Origin: Octopus sinensis
Taxonomy: Eukaryota
Direction: 5' to 3'
NCBI RefSeq assembly: GCF_006345805.1
Contig: NW_021835282.1
Coordinates: 1 to 41,357, forward strand
Length of the DNA: 41,357 bases
The translations under genes were made by a program, and so were the position numbers. Shown piece by piece: positions 24,464 to 37,871 of this stretch (the stretch's first letter is position 1; each line of letters begins with the position of its first letter). The notes beneath the pieces are model-generated. The model worked only from the letters and a program-made list of their open reading frames with translations, was not told where the DNA came from and did not search any database.

Positions 24464-24628
24464 GGCGCAGGAGTGGCTGTGTGGTAAGTAGCTTGCTTAC
24501 CAACCACACGGTTCCGGGTTCAGTCCCACTGCGTGGCATCTTGGGCAAGTGTCTTCTGCTATAGCCCCAGGCCGACCAATGCCTTGTGAGTGGATTTGGT
24601 AGACGGAAACTGAAAGAAGCCTGTCGTA

Positions 24629-24675
<47 letters not shown>

Positions 24676-24923
24676 CACATGTGTGTGTGTGTGTGTGTGT
24701 GTGTGGTTGTGTTTGTGTGTCTATGTTTGTCCCTCTAGCATTGCTTGACAACCGATGCTGGTTTGTTTACGTCCTCCGTAACTTAGCGGTTCGGCAAAAG
24801 AGACCGATAGAATAAGTACTGGGCTTACAAAAGAATAAATCCCGGGGTCGATTTGCTCGCCTAAAGGCGGTGCTCCAGCATGGCCGCAGTCAAATGACTG
24901 AAACAAGTAAAAGAGTAAAAGAG
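24464..24923 (+). mobile_element. Full-length SINE family A
   Basis: Complete match. Confidence 0.93.
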
Positions 24924-24934
24924 AGAGATATACA

Positions 24935-24983
<49 letters not shown>

Positions 24984-25278
24984 TGTCAAATGCATGATTT
25001 TTTTTACTCTTTCCAATCAACGGACATGCCGAAGCACCTCAAACTGACCTCAGTGGTCATTTTTAAAGCCTGCTTCTTATTCTATCGGTCTTTATATTTC
25101 CGGACTGTTAAGTTACAGGGACATAAACGAGATTGGCTTTGAGTGGTACCCTGTAAAGAAAAGACACACCCACATACATATATAAGTATACATATACATA
25201 CATACGCGCGCGCGTGTGTGTGAGCACGTATGTATGTATTGTATGTATGTATGTATGTATGTATGTGTGTATGTGTGC

Positions 25279-25311
<33 letters not shown>

Positions 25312-25331
25312 TGTGTATGTGTGTATGTATG

Positions 25332-25739
25332 TATTTCTTTACTACCCACAAGGGGCTAAACACAGAGGGGACAAACAAGGATAGACAAAGGGATTAAGTC
25401 GAGTACATCGACCCCAGTGCGTAACTGGTACTTAATTTATCGACCCCGAAAGGATGAAAGGCAAAGTCAACCTCGGCGGAATTTGAACTCGGAACGTAAT
25501 GACAGATGAAATACGTATTTCTTTATTACCCACAAGGGGCTAAACACAGGGGGGACAAACAAGGACAGACATAGGTATTAAGTCGATTACATCGACCCCA
25601 GTGCGTAACTGGTACTTAATTTATCGACCCCGAATGGATGAACGGCAAAGTCGACCTCGGCGTAATTTGAACTCACAACGTAACGGCAGACGAAATACCG
25701 CTAAGCATTTCGTCCGGCGTGCTAACGTTTCTGCCAGCT
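25332..25739 (-). mobile_element. Tandem dimer of SINE family B
   Basis: Head-truncated copy at 25332-25515 directly abuts a near-full copy at 25516-25739. Confidence 0.88.
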
Positions 25740-26154
25740 GTATGTACATATGTATGTATTTAATGGACTCCCATCAGATTCCACCTACAAATCCACTCAT
25801 AAAGTATTCGTTGGCTGTAGCACACACTCGCTCAAGGCACTGCATTGTGGGATTGAACCTGAAATCGCCTGATTTCTAAACAATCATACAATCGTGCCTT
25901 TATCTGTGGATATACTATAAATAGTTCTACTGAGGCCCTTCGATAAACAAACATAAATGTAAAGGACATGATAACAGTTAACTTAATTTCACCATAGAAA
26001 TTAGAGTGTCCTAACATGAAGAAGGGAAAGTTAAGCAAATACCCTTAATGGTTACATTTAAAGGGAGAGTAAGGAGTGGTTTAGGGATTGGATGCGATCG
26101 TGTAACATCTGATTCAGGTTCAAATATTGGCACCGTTTGTACCTTCAGATTATC

Positions 26155-26392
26155 ACTCTTTACTTTCTTACTTGTTTCAGTCATTTGACTGCGGCCATGC
26201 TGGAGCACCGCATTTAGTCGAGCACATCGACCCTCAGGGACTTATTCTTTGTAAGCCCAGTACTTATTCTGTCGGTTCTTTTGCCGAACCGCTAAGTGAC
26301 GGGTACGTAAACACACCAGCATCGGTTGTCAAGCAATGCTAGGGGGACAAACACAGACACCACAAACATACATACACACATACATAACATAC

Positions 26393-26450
<58 letters not shown>

Positions 26451-26773
26451 GTTAATGCTTCTGTATTTCATGTTTCTGTATTCCATTATCGTTTTTGCTT
26501 TTTATATTCGTCCCTTTTGCTGTCCCGGTGTTCGTATGCATTCGATCCTTCTTCCAGGAAATCTACGCTCCCAGCTTAGTTTTTCTAATGCTCGTTGCTT
26601 AGTTTTTCTTGGAGGGCTGGCCGTGATCTAGTAATCTCAAGATTTATCAGCCGAAATTACTACGATGATCGGTTCTTGACTGAAGACTGAGGGTTTCGAA
26701 TGTCCTGTCCGTGTTATTGTATCGTCTTCTAAGAGTTATACGTTCTTGTCCATGTTGTATTTTTCTACATACC

Positions 26774-26843
<70 letters not shown>

Positions 26844-26998
26844 ACAGGCTTCTTTCAGTTTCCGTCTACGAAATCCACTCACAAGGCATTGGTCGGCCTG
26901 GGGCTATAGCAGAAGACACTTGCCCAAGATGCCACGCAGTGGGACTGAACCCGGAACCATGTGGTTGGTAAGCAAGCTACTTACCACACAGCCACTTC
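26155..26998 (-). mobile_element. SINE family A split by a ~330-bp insert in its (TA)n tract
   Basis: 3' half at 26155-~26400, 5' half at 26841-26998. Confidence 0.85.
26449..26778. mobile_element. Probable Penelope-like fragment inserted in (TA)n
   Basis: TA tracts on both sides; contains ggctg...cagcc-GAAA and ctgaaga/ttcgaa motifs like the other PLE-like pieces; no intact core. Confidence 0.4.
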
Positions 26999-27015
26999 TA
27001 TTATTATAGTTTTAT

Positions 27016-27225
27016 CTTTCTTTTACTTGTTTCAGTCATTAGACTGTGGCCATACTGGGGCACCATCTGAAGGATTTTTAGTAAAATGAATCGACGCCAG
27101 GACTTAATCTTTTAAAGTCTAGTACTTATTCTATCGGTAACTTTTGACAAACTGTTAAGTAATAGTGATGTAAACATAGAAACACCAGTTGTCAAACGGT
27201 AGCGGGACACAATTGCAGACACAAA
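27016..27225 (-). mobile_element. Diverged 3' half of SINE family A
   Basis: ttacttgtttcagtcattagactgtggcc... Confidence 0.75.
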
Positions 27226-27276
27226 AACACACACATACACGAGCGCGCGCACACAGACATACAGACAGACAGACAA

Positions 27277-27681
<405 letters not shown>

Positions 27682-27832
27682 CGACGAGCTGTGCCTGGTG
27701 AAGTATTGGCTGGATCGTTAAAGCATTGAACAACTGAATATTACTTAGCTTACATCAAGTCATGACATCGATTACTAAGTAATGCGATATTTGTTCTGGC
27801 TCTTTTCATTTCCTAGGAGTTTATTGTTAATT

Positions 27833-27844
27833 ATAATAATAATA

Positions 27845-27885
<41 letters not shown>

Positions 27886-28630
27886 TAATAATGAAATTAT
27901 TGTATACAGTGCTCAGGTGAACCACAACTTGTCAGAAAGTGCGTATAATGTACAAATGTCTGGAAAGCGAACAATGTATGAGTCAGATACAAGCTTGTGT
28001 GTGTATGAAGGGGAGGAAATCAGGTGTAGTGTTGGCGAATCTCAGAAAGCATGGAAGTTTTGAAGGATGCAGTGCTCCGACAACTAACAACTGATGCCAG
28101 CAGTTTGTTCCATGCTTCAGCAACTCTTAGAGTGAAAAAATGTTTCCTAAAGTCATGGGAGCTGTGCTGTTTTCTGACTTTGTAAATATATCCACGGGTG
28201 TTAGACGGGTGGAGTTTGAAAAGGTGCTCAGGGTTATTGTTTGTAAGATGGTTGATAATTTTATGGGTGTCTGCCAAGTCAGCTGCCAGACGTCGGAGTT
28301 TCAATGTGTCCATACCCAGGGAAGTAAGGCGTTCAGAATATGGCAAATGCCTGATGGAGGGTATTCTTTTGGTTGCACGTCGTTGAACGGCTTCCATACG
28401 ATTGATATCCTGGGCAAGATAGGGGTTCCAGACCGGTGATGCAAATTCCAGGTGAGGTCTTACCATAGCTGTATAAAGCCGCAGATAGATAGTCGGAGAG
28501 CAGCTCACAAAGGATTTGGTGAGTGATGCCAAGACACCCTCAGCCTTCTTGACAATTTTAGCGATGTGTTTTGTCCAACGCAAATCACTGTCGACAATAA
28601 CACCCAGGTCACGTTCACACATGTGACTTT
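27833..28630 (-). mobile_element. 5'-truncated CR1-clade LINE with (TAT)n tail
   Basis: About 200 uninterrupted codons: ERDLGVIVDSDLRW...VRPHLEFASPVWNPY...EAVQRRATK...LRRLAADL...FFTLRVAEAWNKL; tail at 27833-27893. Confidence 0.92.
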
Positions 28631-28842
28631 TGTAACTCCGGTATCCTAAACCACTCCTTACTCTCCCTTTAATTGTAACCCTTAAGGGCATTTGCTTAAC
28701 TTTCCCTTCTTCCGTGGCGAAATTAAGTTAACTGTTATTTACAATATTCACTTGCTCTGGCTAGCAGATCAAAACTTGTACTCTACTAATAAATCTGTAC
28801 TCTACAAAAAAATTTTTGCCGTAATTCTTCAGTGGCCTAGCT

Positions 28843-29145
28843 CTCCGTCGGTTACGATGGTGAATGTTCCAGCTGATCTGATCAACGGAACAACGTGTTC
28901 GTAAAATTAACGTGTAAAGTGGCTGAGCACTCCACAGATGTAGTTCCCGGGGATATTCAACGCAACATACTATGTGGCAAGTATGGCCCTATGAACAACA
29001 GGTGCAACTCGTTTTTGCCAGGTGGGTGAACTGTAGCAACGAGAAATAAAGTACCTTGCTCAAGGACACGACGTAACGCTAGGAATCGAACTCACGACAT
29101 TATGGTCATTAGCCGAATACTCTGGTCATTAAGGTCCGCACCCCC
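28843..29145 (-). mobile_element. tRNA-derived CORE-like SINE family D
   Basis: Minus strand gtcgtgagttcgattcc (B box), gtgtccttgagcaaggtactt, tail ...cgtaaccgacggag. Confidence 0.75.
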
Positions 29146-29180
29146 TTGCTTGTATTATAATTCGACATAAAAACAAAACA

Positions 29181-29216
<36 letters not shown>

Positions 29217-29222
29217 GAAATA

Positions 29223-29387
29223 GGCGCAGGAGTGGCTGTGTGGTAAGTAGCTTGTTTACCAACCACATGGTTCCGGGTTCAGTCCCACTGCGTGGCACCT
29301 TGGGCAAGTGTCTTCTACTATAGCATCGGGCAGACCAAAGCCTTGTGAGTGGATTTGGTAGACGGAAACTGAAAGAAGCCCGTCGTA

Positions 29388-29471
<84 letters not shown>

Positions 29472-29652
29472 CTGTGTTTGTGTGTCTGTGTTTGGCCCCC
29501 CCTAGCTGGCGTGTTTATGTCCCCGTAACTTAGTGGTTCGGCAAAAGAGACCGATAGAATAAGTACTGGGCTTTCAAAAGAATAAGTCCCGCTCGATTAA
29601 AGGCGGTGCTCCAGCATGGCCGCAGTCAAATGACTGAAACAAGTAAAAAGAG
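29223..29652 (+). mobile_element. Full-length SINE family A
   Basis: Complete match with small internal deletions. Confidence 0.92.
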
Positions 29653-29814
29653 AAAATATACATACATACATACATACATACATTATACATAAATGCTTGC
29701 ATACATACATCATACATGTGTATGTGTGAGTGCGTGTGTGTGTTTGTGTGCGTATGTATGTATAATATATTAGTTGTCCCAAAACTCCTAGAAATCGAAC
29801 ACACGCACGCGTGT

Positions 29815-29857
<43 letters not shown>

Positions 29858-30260
29858 TACACACACACACTCACAAACACACACTCACAAACACAAACAC
29901 TTTGCACGCATGTAATTTAGATGCGTAAATGCATATGTGCATGTTTACATTTCGAACAATGTGCACTGTGCAGATACGCAATGCAAATGTGAAAAAAATG
30001 AATAACAATAATAATTTTTAAAAAAAAAGTAAAGAAGAATCCAATGAAAATTGAAACCACATCTCCACTGATAAATCATGAAAACATCTGGCGAGACTGC
30101 AATTAGATCTCCTCCATTATGTTTGATGTTTTTTTGAAATCCCACACATGCATAATTTCGTCTCTCTTTTTTTTTTTCCATTATTCCCCCCCCCCGCCTC
30201 TCTCTCTCCTAGTTTATTTTCCCCAATCTGTTACTAAACTGGAATCAATCTCGATGCTCC

Positions 30261-30484
30261 ACTTTTACTTGTTCCAGTCATCAGACTACGGCCATGCTGG
30301 GGCACCGTCTTTAAGAATTTTTAGTTTGAATGAATCGACCCAATACTCTTTTTTGTTGTTGTTGTTGTTATTTTTTTAAGGCCTAGTACTTATTCTATTG
30401 GTCTCTTTTGCTGAACCGCTAAATTACGGGGACATAAACACACCAACACCGTTTCTCAAGCGATGGTGGGAGACAAACACAGAC

Positions 30485-30522
<38 letters not shown>

Positions 30523-31023
30523 ATCCAAACATGAAAGCACAAAAAAACACAACAACGCGAGGACGTGGAACAAATATAGTATTATTGGACGCTCAGGAAA
30601 GAAGGAGGGTTTAACGTTTCGAGCAGAGCTCTTCGTCGGAAACATAGGAGAAGGAAAGATCCAGAGAAGGGAAGACAGAGGAGAAAAAAAAAAAAAAAGA
30701 GGATACATACATACATACATACATACAGTGTATATTCAAACACATAAGAGGTGACCATCATAGGGCACCTAGCATGCTAGAAGGAATAGCCAAAATCCAA
30801 ACCACTATTAGGGACAGATCTCGAAGGGAATGAAAAATAAAAACATATATATATATATATAATGGGCTTCTTTCAGTTTCCGTCTACCGAGTCCACTTAC
30901 AAGGCTTTGGTTGTGTCGAGGCTACAGTAGAAGACACTTGTGCAACGTGTCACGTAGTGGGGTTGAACTCGGAAGCATGTGCTTGAGAAGCAAAGTTCTT
31001 ACCACACAGCTACGCCAGCGCCT
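30261..31023 (-). mobile_element. SINE family A split by inserts in its (TA)n tract
   Basis: 3' half at 30261-30490, 5' half at 30861-31023. Confidence 0.75.
30519..30700 (-). mobile_element. Penelope-like fragment with variant minimal hammerhead at 30609-30643
   Basis: gttt-CCGACGA-a-gagc-tct-gctc-GAAACGTT-aaac. Confidence 0.6.
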
Positions 31024-31277
31024 AGGAATATAAATTCAATGAATGTGTTTTGAAATAGGTGGCAGTATTTCCTTCCTGGCGCTATTTCTTTGGTTCGGGC
31101 ATTATATCAAACCATTCCCAAGTTTGTATAACGCCAACATTTACCGTTTATTTCGACCGATCAATAAAGTATATACTAGTAATATACAAGAAGCATTCCT
31201 TCATCAATAAATATGATGGACAAATGCTGTTTGTTACTTAGACCTACCAGTAGCTACAATATATTTTTGACTAAAAA

Positions 31278-31470
31278 GGCGGCGAGCTGGCAGAAACGTT
31301 AGCACGCCGGGCGAAATGCGTAGCCGTATTTCGTCTGCCGTTACGTTCTGAGTTCAAATTCCGCCGAGGTCGACTTTGCTTTTCATCCTTTCGGGGTCGA
31401 TTAAATAAGTACCAGTTACGCACTAGGGTCGATGTAATCGACTTAATCCGTTTGTCTGTCCTTGTTTGTT

Positions 31471-31472
<2 letters not shown>
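31278..31472 (+). mobile_element. SINE family B
   Basis: ggcggcgagctggcagaaacgttagcacgccgggcg... Confidence 0.92.
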
Positions 31473-31504
<32 letters not shown>

Positions 31505-31524
<20 letters not shown>

Positions 31525-32049
31525 TTGTAAAGAACGAAGTTCGAAAATGCTGCTATATTAGAAATTTTTAATTTTTATATATACATTATAACATGTTTCG
31601 GTTCTTGAGAACCTTATCAAAAAAAGTTATATATAAAAAAAGATAGTTCATGTTATCAAATATAAAAAATTCATTTATAATATACAATAGAGTCAGACAT
31701 CAAAAGTTTATATATAGTGTGAAGTGAGTTCGTTCATGCTATATGTTTAAAGAGTATGATGCAGTGGTTCATAGTGGTGATATCCATTCAATATAAAAAA
31801 TAGATCAAAGTGGTGATATGCAGTCAATATAAAAAATTGATGTTCCTGAAAGAGCGAGGAATTCATTTTAGATTTTACCTTGAGTAACTGTGATGACTTT
31901 TGGTCGGTGTTCGCTGGATCGTTCTGGCGAACCTTGTGAATTGTTTGGGTTTTATATCACCTGTTAGGTGGCCAGTCCAGCGTAACGTGACGTCATCAAC
32001 GTTTTGACCAATCGTTTCGTTAGGTGGCTTAGTCAAGCAGAACGGGACG
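31505..32049 (-). mobile_element. Penelope/retrozyme-like LTR fragment with degenerate hammerhead at 31590-31620
   Basis: TTGATAA-ggttc-tcaa-gaacc-GAAAC-AT-GTT; sequence downstream of the motif matches 2881-2965. Confidence 0.5.
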
Positions 32050-32242
32050 ATTATGGTCAAAACGGGATACAGACAAGGGGCAGATCTAATACAGCTATAG
32101 GTCGGGATTGGTCAGAATATTGATGACGTCCCGTTCTGCTTGACTAAGCCACCTAACGAAACGATTGGTCAAAACGTTGATGACGTCACGTTACGCTGGA
32201 CTGGCCACCTAACAGGTGATATAAAACCCAAACAATTCACAA
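31934..32242. repeat. Perfect 116-bp inverted repeat with 77-nt spacer
   Basis: 31934-32049 is the exact reverse complement of 32127-32242. Confidence 0.95.
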
Positions 32243-32296
32243 TTAAAAAATTTCGTTTTTTACAAATATATACCCACTCGTATACGAGCTAATCTC

Positions 32297-32369
<73 letters not shown>

Positions 32370-32755
32370 GACGGGCTCCATTCAGTTTCTGTCTACCAAA
32401 TTCACTCACGAGGCTTTGGTTGGGCCCGAGGCTGTAGTAGAAGACTCTCTTTAAAGTATAGAGTTGAATTTCGTGTAGCTACCTGTTGGCAACATTTCTC
32501 CCCCACCCATTTTGTTGTGGGTGTTACCCAATTCTCTGAGCTCTTCTCACAGCTATCCTGTTCGAAATTTGCATTAGTTTTTGTAAGAAAAGAAATAGGA
32601 GGTGGGGTGCTTGTTTGTAGTCTGTATAGAAAACATCAAACGGATCTGAAAAAAAACATTGTCACTCCCACCCACTAAAAGTCATGAACAATGAAAGAAG
32701 GCGAATAAGTACAGGGGTGAGGGAAAGAAGAGAGAACTAACAATCGATCGTTCTA

Positions 32756-33908
32756 TCAGATCATCCCAAAAGTTCTGTCCGATTTTACCTTTTTTTTAAA
32801 TTGAATGAATGAAATTAAATAGTATTTTAGAATGTCTAATGGAATTAAATATTATTTTTATGCATTTGTGTACATTTAAACTAATAAAATATTATTTCAC
32901 AGAATAACAGAATTAAAATTTCTTTGATTGAAACCGTTTCTAACATGGAAGTATCCAAAGAGCATTTGAGGCACATAATGCTTTATGAGTACAAAAAAGG
33001 AAACTCTGCAGCCGAAGCGACTCGAAACATACACTCAGTGTATGGGAAAGAATGCTTGAATGAAAGAACGTGCAGAAGATGGTTTGCAAAATTCAGAAGT
33101 GGAAATTTCAGCCTTGAAGATGAAGATCGAAAAGGACGCCCAGTTGAGTTTGATGATAAGCTCCTTGAGGTATTACTTGAAGAAAATCCCGAGTTGACAT
33201 CTGCTTTTCTCTCCATTCTCACGAACTCATTTCACCCTTTTTGGATAGACTTGTGACTGGTCCGAAAAATGGATCTTCTATCGTAATGTTAAACGTCGTA
33301 AACAGTAGCTTGGTAAAAGGGAAAAAGCTCAACCACAACCGAGAAGGGAATTTCATGAGGAAAAGGTTCTTCTCTCTATCTGGTGGGATTGTAAAGGAGT
33401 AATTCACTTTGAATTGTTGCCACCTAATGCAACAATCAATGCTCAAATCTTACTGTCAGCAATTAGAGCGTTTGAACTAAGCTTTGAAGAAAAAATGACC
33501 CGCTTTAGTGAATCGAAAAGGAGTGATGTTTCATCAGGAAAATGCGTGACCCCACACTGCAAAGATCACATCACAGAAGATCGAAGACCTTGGTTGGGAA
33601 AAATTCCTCATCCACCTTATTCTTCCGACCTTGCTCCTTCAGACTATCATTTGTTTCGTAGTTTACAGAATAATTTGGGGGATATAACTTTCGCAAGCCA
33701 GGAGGATGTCGAAACTGACATTTTAGAGTTCTTCGCTTAGAAACCAACAGAATTTTACATTGATGGGATTTAAAAGCTTGTAAACAGATGGAAGGAAGTC
33801 ATAGATAATCAGGGAAAGTACGTTGATGATTAAATTTGAATTAAATATAACATTTGATCACTTGTTTTCTTTATCTAAAATTTGGACAGAACTTATAGGA
33901 TGACTTGA
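32756..33908 (+). mobile_element. Mariner transposon (DD34D) with both TIRs, transposase pseudogene
   Basis: TA-tcagatcatcccaaaagttctgtccgatttt ... aaaatttggacagaacttataggatgacttga; MEVSKEHLRHIMLYEY, RRWFAKFRSG, WWDCKGV, HPPYSSDLAPSDYHLF; internal deletion, frameshifts and stops. Confidence 0.94.
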
Positions 33909-33994
33909 CAGAACACCCAGAATAAATTTTTAAAAAATGTATATATGTAGAGATATGTATGTATGCATGTATGTATGTATGTATATATATATAT

Positions 33995-34260
33995 TATAGC
34001 CTCAGACCGACCAAAGCCTTATGAGTGAATTTCGTACAAGGAAACTGAAAGCAGTCTGTCGTATATATGTATAAATTTGTGTGCACGCGCGCGCGAGTGT
34101 GTGTGTGTGTGTGTGTGTGCGCGCACGTGCGCGTGTGTGTGTGTCCACCATTGTTTGACAACCGATGTTGCTGTGTTTACGTTCCCATAAGTTAGCGGTT
34201 CGGCAAAATGTACTGATAAAATAAGTACTAGACCTACAAAGAATAAATCCTGTGGTCGAT
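33995..34260 (+). mobile_element. Head-less diverged SINE family A
   Basis: tatagcctcagaccgaccaaagcc...ttagcggttcggcaaaa. Confidence 0.8.
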
Positions 34261-35019
34261 CCGATTTGGGATCTGTTCAGTTTCGATCAAAGATTTTTTA
34301 ATTATTGTTTCTTTTTTAACTATATAGTTTAAAACTTCATATACTGGTGTAATTTCTCACACTGAAGACGGTTTACTTTCAACATTTTTGACAAAATTTC
34401 GTATTTTAGAAGTTATTTCGTGTTAAAGTTGTCATTTTGGCGTAATTTTAACCAAGCAACGACGTGTATTCGGCTACAGAAAGTTACTGCTGTTTGCAAG
34501 GGTAATGGAAGAGGAACAACTTCCGGGTCATCTCTACTAAATCTCACCACTTTCTTCTATTTTATGTTTGTTTACTGCCTGTGTTGCACGTTACACGCTT
34601 TGTTTCTTTTTTGTTTGTTTGTTTGTTTTTTGTTTGTTTTTGTGTGTTTGTTTTTTTTTTGGTTTTTGTTCTCGCGTCGGAGTAATCAGTAAACATCGAA
34701 GAATCAACGCCAAGAAGGAAGATGAAATGCTATTCGATTTTTCTTTCCAGCGTTGAACGTTCACCATCCCATTTCCATTGCACACACACAGACACAGACA
34801 CACACACACACACACACACACACGCACGCGCGCACACACACACACATACATACACCCACACACATACACACACACACACACACACTCCAGGTTTGATTTC
34901 ACGTTAAAATTTTGCAATTCAATATGAAGCGTTCAAAAAGTATGGGCATTATTTTGCTGAACCTGAATCTTTGCTTATATTACAAATTAGACTGTCACTT
35001 GTGACCAGGTTTAGAGGTA

Positions 35020-36251
35020 ATTTATATGCCACCTTATCGTTTGGTATGACTGCACCATGTCACATAGAGGTGAAATGGAAGCTCTTGGTAAGACCTTACA
35101 GGACATTAGAGGCAACAATAAATCTATGGGAGGAGTTACATTAGGTTTATCAGGAGATTTCAGGCAGACATTACCAGTCATTCTGAGACGAACAAGATCA
35201 GATGACATAAAACCATGCATTAAGTGTCTTCACACCTTTGGAATAAAGTACTGAAATTCTCCTTCAATACTAACGTGCGAGCTTCATTACATGGGGACCA
35301 ACAGTTTTCAACCTGGCTCATCCAATTAGGAAATGGGAAAGTACCATTTGATGGAAAGGGTGATATCAGTTTGGCCCATATTGCTATAATGGCGAATCCC
35401 CCAGCTAAATTGAAGAACAGGGTATTGCCACACTTAAGTAATAATTATAATTCACATAAATGGTTGTGTGAAAGGCAATCTTACTCCTAAAAATGAGACA
35501 GTACAAGGATTAAGATTCCAACAGTCATTAAGAAGTACAAATCAGTTGAGTCAGTCCTTGATGAAAATCAAGCTGTCCATTACCCAACAGAGTTCCTTAA
35601 TTCTCTTGAGCCACTTAGAATTCTTCTACGTAAACTTTTTCTGAAGGTAGGATCCCAATAATGCTTCTAAGAAATTTAGCTCCTCCTAAATAATGCAATG
35701 GGACAAGGTTGACTGTGAAGACATTATTACCTAATGTAACAGAAGCTACCATAATTACTGGATGTGCCTCTGGGGGAGAGGTTTTTTTATTCCAAGAATT
35801 CTAATTAAACCAACAGACATGACATTTGAATTCAAATGAATACAATTCCCATTGCGTCTTTGCTTTGCAATGTCTATTAATAAAGCTCAAGGTCAGTCTT
35901 TGAAATCTACTGCTTGCTTTTCTCATGGTCAACTTTACGTTGGTTGCTCCAGGGTAGGTAATTTGCAAGATGTATTCGTCTATGCTCCAGACCAGAAAAC
36001 AAAGAATGTTGTTTACCCAGAAGCTCTTACATAATTTTTTCAACATGTGGTAGAATTTATCTCCTTTCATAAAAGTGGTAAATTTTGTATTTTCGTTTAT
36101 TATTATTATTATTATGAATTCAGAATTGATTTCCCAATTAAAGAATAAATTGGATTTAGAATAACAAATTTCTATACAACATATTTTGCTTTTTTCTTCC
36201 AATATGTAAAGAAAAATTTCATTCCTGGGCACCGCCAGGTGCCTCTGCTAG
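35020..36251 (+). mobile_element. 3' part of an autonomous-type Helitron (PIF1-like helicase pseudogene plus terminus)
   Basis: IVWYDCTMSHR, MGGVTLGLSGDFRQTLPV, LKVGSPIMLLRNL, FAMSINKAQGQSL, FSHGQLYVGCSRV, TKNVVYPEAL; hairpin cctgg-gcaccg-ccagg then CTAG|t at 36248-36251. Confidence 0.92.
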
Positions 36252-36269
36252 TACATATATATATATATA

Positions 36270-36450
36270 TATAACGGGAAAGACGAAGGCAGGTCGAGTA
36301 CAAACAAACAAATGTATTAGTATAGCGCTCAGGAACAGAAATAGAAAAAGTCTTTTACGTTTCGAGCCTACGCTCTTCAACAGAAAAATACACAGAAAAA
36401 AACAAGGAGAGAAAAAAATGCGTGTAGGAGTTAACGATCTATCAAGGCGT

Positions 36451-36509
<59 letters not shown>

Positions 36510-36670
36510 CGCCATGATAGATCGTTAGCCACTACACACATTTTTTCTCTCCTTGTTTTTTCTGTGTCCCTTTCTGTAGAAGAGCATAGGCTCGAAACGT
36601 AAAAGACTTTTTCTATTCCTGAGTGTTATACTAATACATCTGTTTGTTTTGTCTTCGTCTTTTGTTTTTT
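36270..36670. mobile_element. Two head-to-head Penelope-like copies around a (TA)n tract
   Basis: Diverged inverted arms ~36270-36451 and ~36507-36670, each with a hammerhead-like motif (36352-36387 minus; 36570-36605 plus). Confidence 0.75.
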
Positions 36671-36700
36671 TCGTAAACTCTCCCTACATATATATATATA

Positions 36701-37093
36701 CTAGCAGTATCGCCCGGCGTTGCTCGGGTTGTAAGGGAAATAACTATATAAGCATTTTTAGAGAGTTATAGCCAAAAAATAGCAAAAAAAATGCATTAAA
36801 AATTGAAAAAAAATTAAGGTAAATTTTTTTAAATCGTTGACACATCGTAGATATTTTTAGAGAGTTACTTCCCTTATATAAAAGCGAAAAAAATGCATTA
36901 AAATGGAAAAATATGATGGTAAATTTTTTTAAATCGTAGACTCATCGTAGACGCGCGCTAATACCCAGAAGGGCTCGATATGAATCACGACTATAAGATA
37001 CCCGCTTTTGGTTAAACTGCACCGCAAAATGTGGGAGTAATTACGAATGTAAATCGAAGGGGACAGGCACACAACTTCACTCTTATATAAAGA
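36701..37093 (-). mobile_element. Non-autonomous Helitron
   Basis: Minus strand a|TCtttatataag...cccgagcaacgccggg hairpin...CTAG|t; inserted between A and T; internal tandem duplication. Confidence 0.85.
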
Positions 37094-37099
37094 TGCTTT

Positions 37100-37419
37100 T
37101 TTTTTTCAGTCATAGAGTTAGATTTATGAAGGTCTTCAGTAGAAAATCCTTCGAATTCTGACTCGCTGCTTGATATAATGAAATTCGTATCCATTTTTTG
37201 TCAGAATTACAAATTTTGAAAACACAATAGGAACAAATTTCGGAAAAAAATCTCCCATAATTCACGGAATTAAAATTACACTTCGATTTTTGTACAAAAC
37301 TGTATTTGAAGTGTTTACGAAGTATAATACGTGTTTTCACGAATGTACTAAAGAGATTTACTCTGATATTCTCATTTAAATATGAATAGGTAAATTCGGG
37401 CGGTTTGGTAACGAAAGGG
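37100..37419 (-). mobile_element. Possible piggyBac-like 5' end
   Basis: Minus strand starts (tataa)ccctttcgttacc; short acidic ORF MDTNFIISSSESEFEGFSTEDL. Confidence 0.4.
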
Positions 37420-37871
37420 TTATATAAGTGTCGTCTGTTTATACATAAACACTGTTTCATAGTTTCAGTTTAGTCTTGCTCAAATCACTGTCGCTAATTT
37501 ACTCTCTTCCAAGAACATTTTCACTCACTGTTATCTGTTAGCTTCCCATACATTTTACTCATGTATCTATCAGCGTGATAGACAGAAACAAATATTACAT
37601 TTACTTTCATTTTATTCGTTGCCCACTGTGTATGTGCGTTTGCGTGTGGTGTAAACCAGACTAAGAAAAGCATTTGACACACACACCAGAATGTGAGTTT
37701 TCTGTAAATTTTGCTTAATTGGAGTTTAAATTTTAAAAACTGGAGCTGGCATGACGCGATGCATTGTACTCTTAAAACTGCTAGGTAAATTGTAATTGAA
37801 GAAATCCTATATTGTAGATTTGTATAACTCCCAAAGGGAGGCAGATAAAATCTGCCTTTTATAATAAGAGA

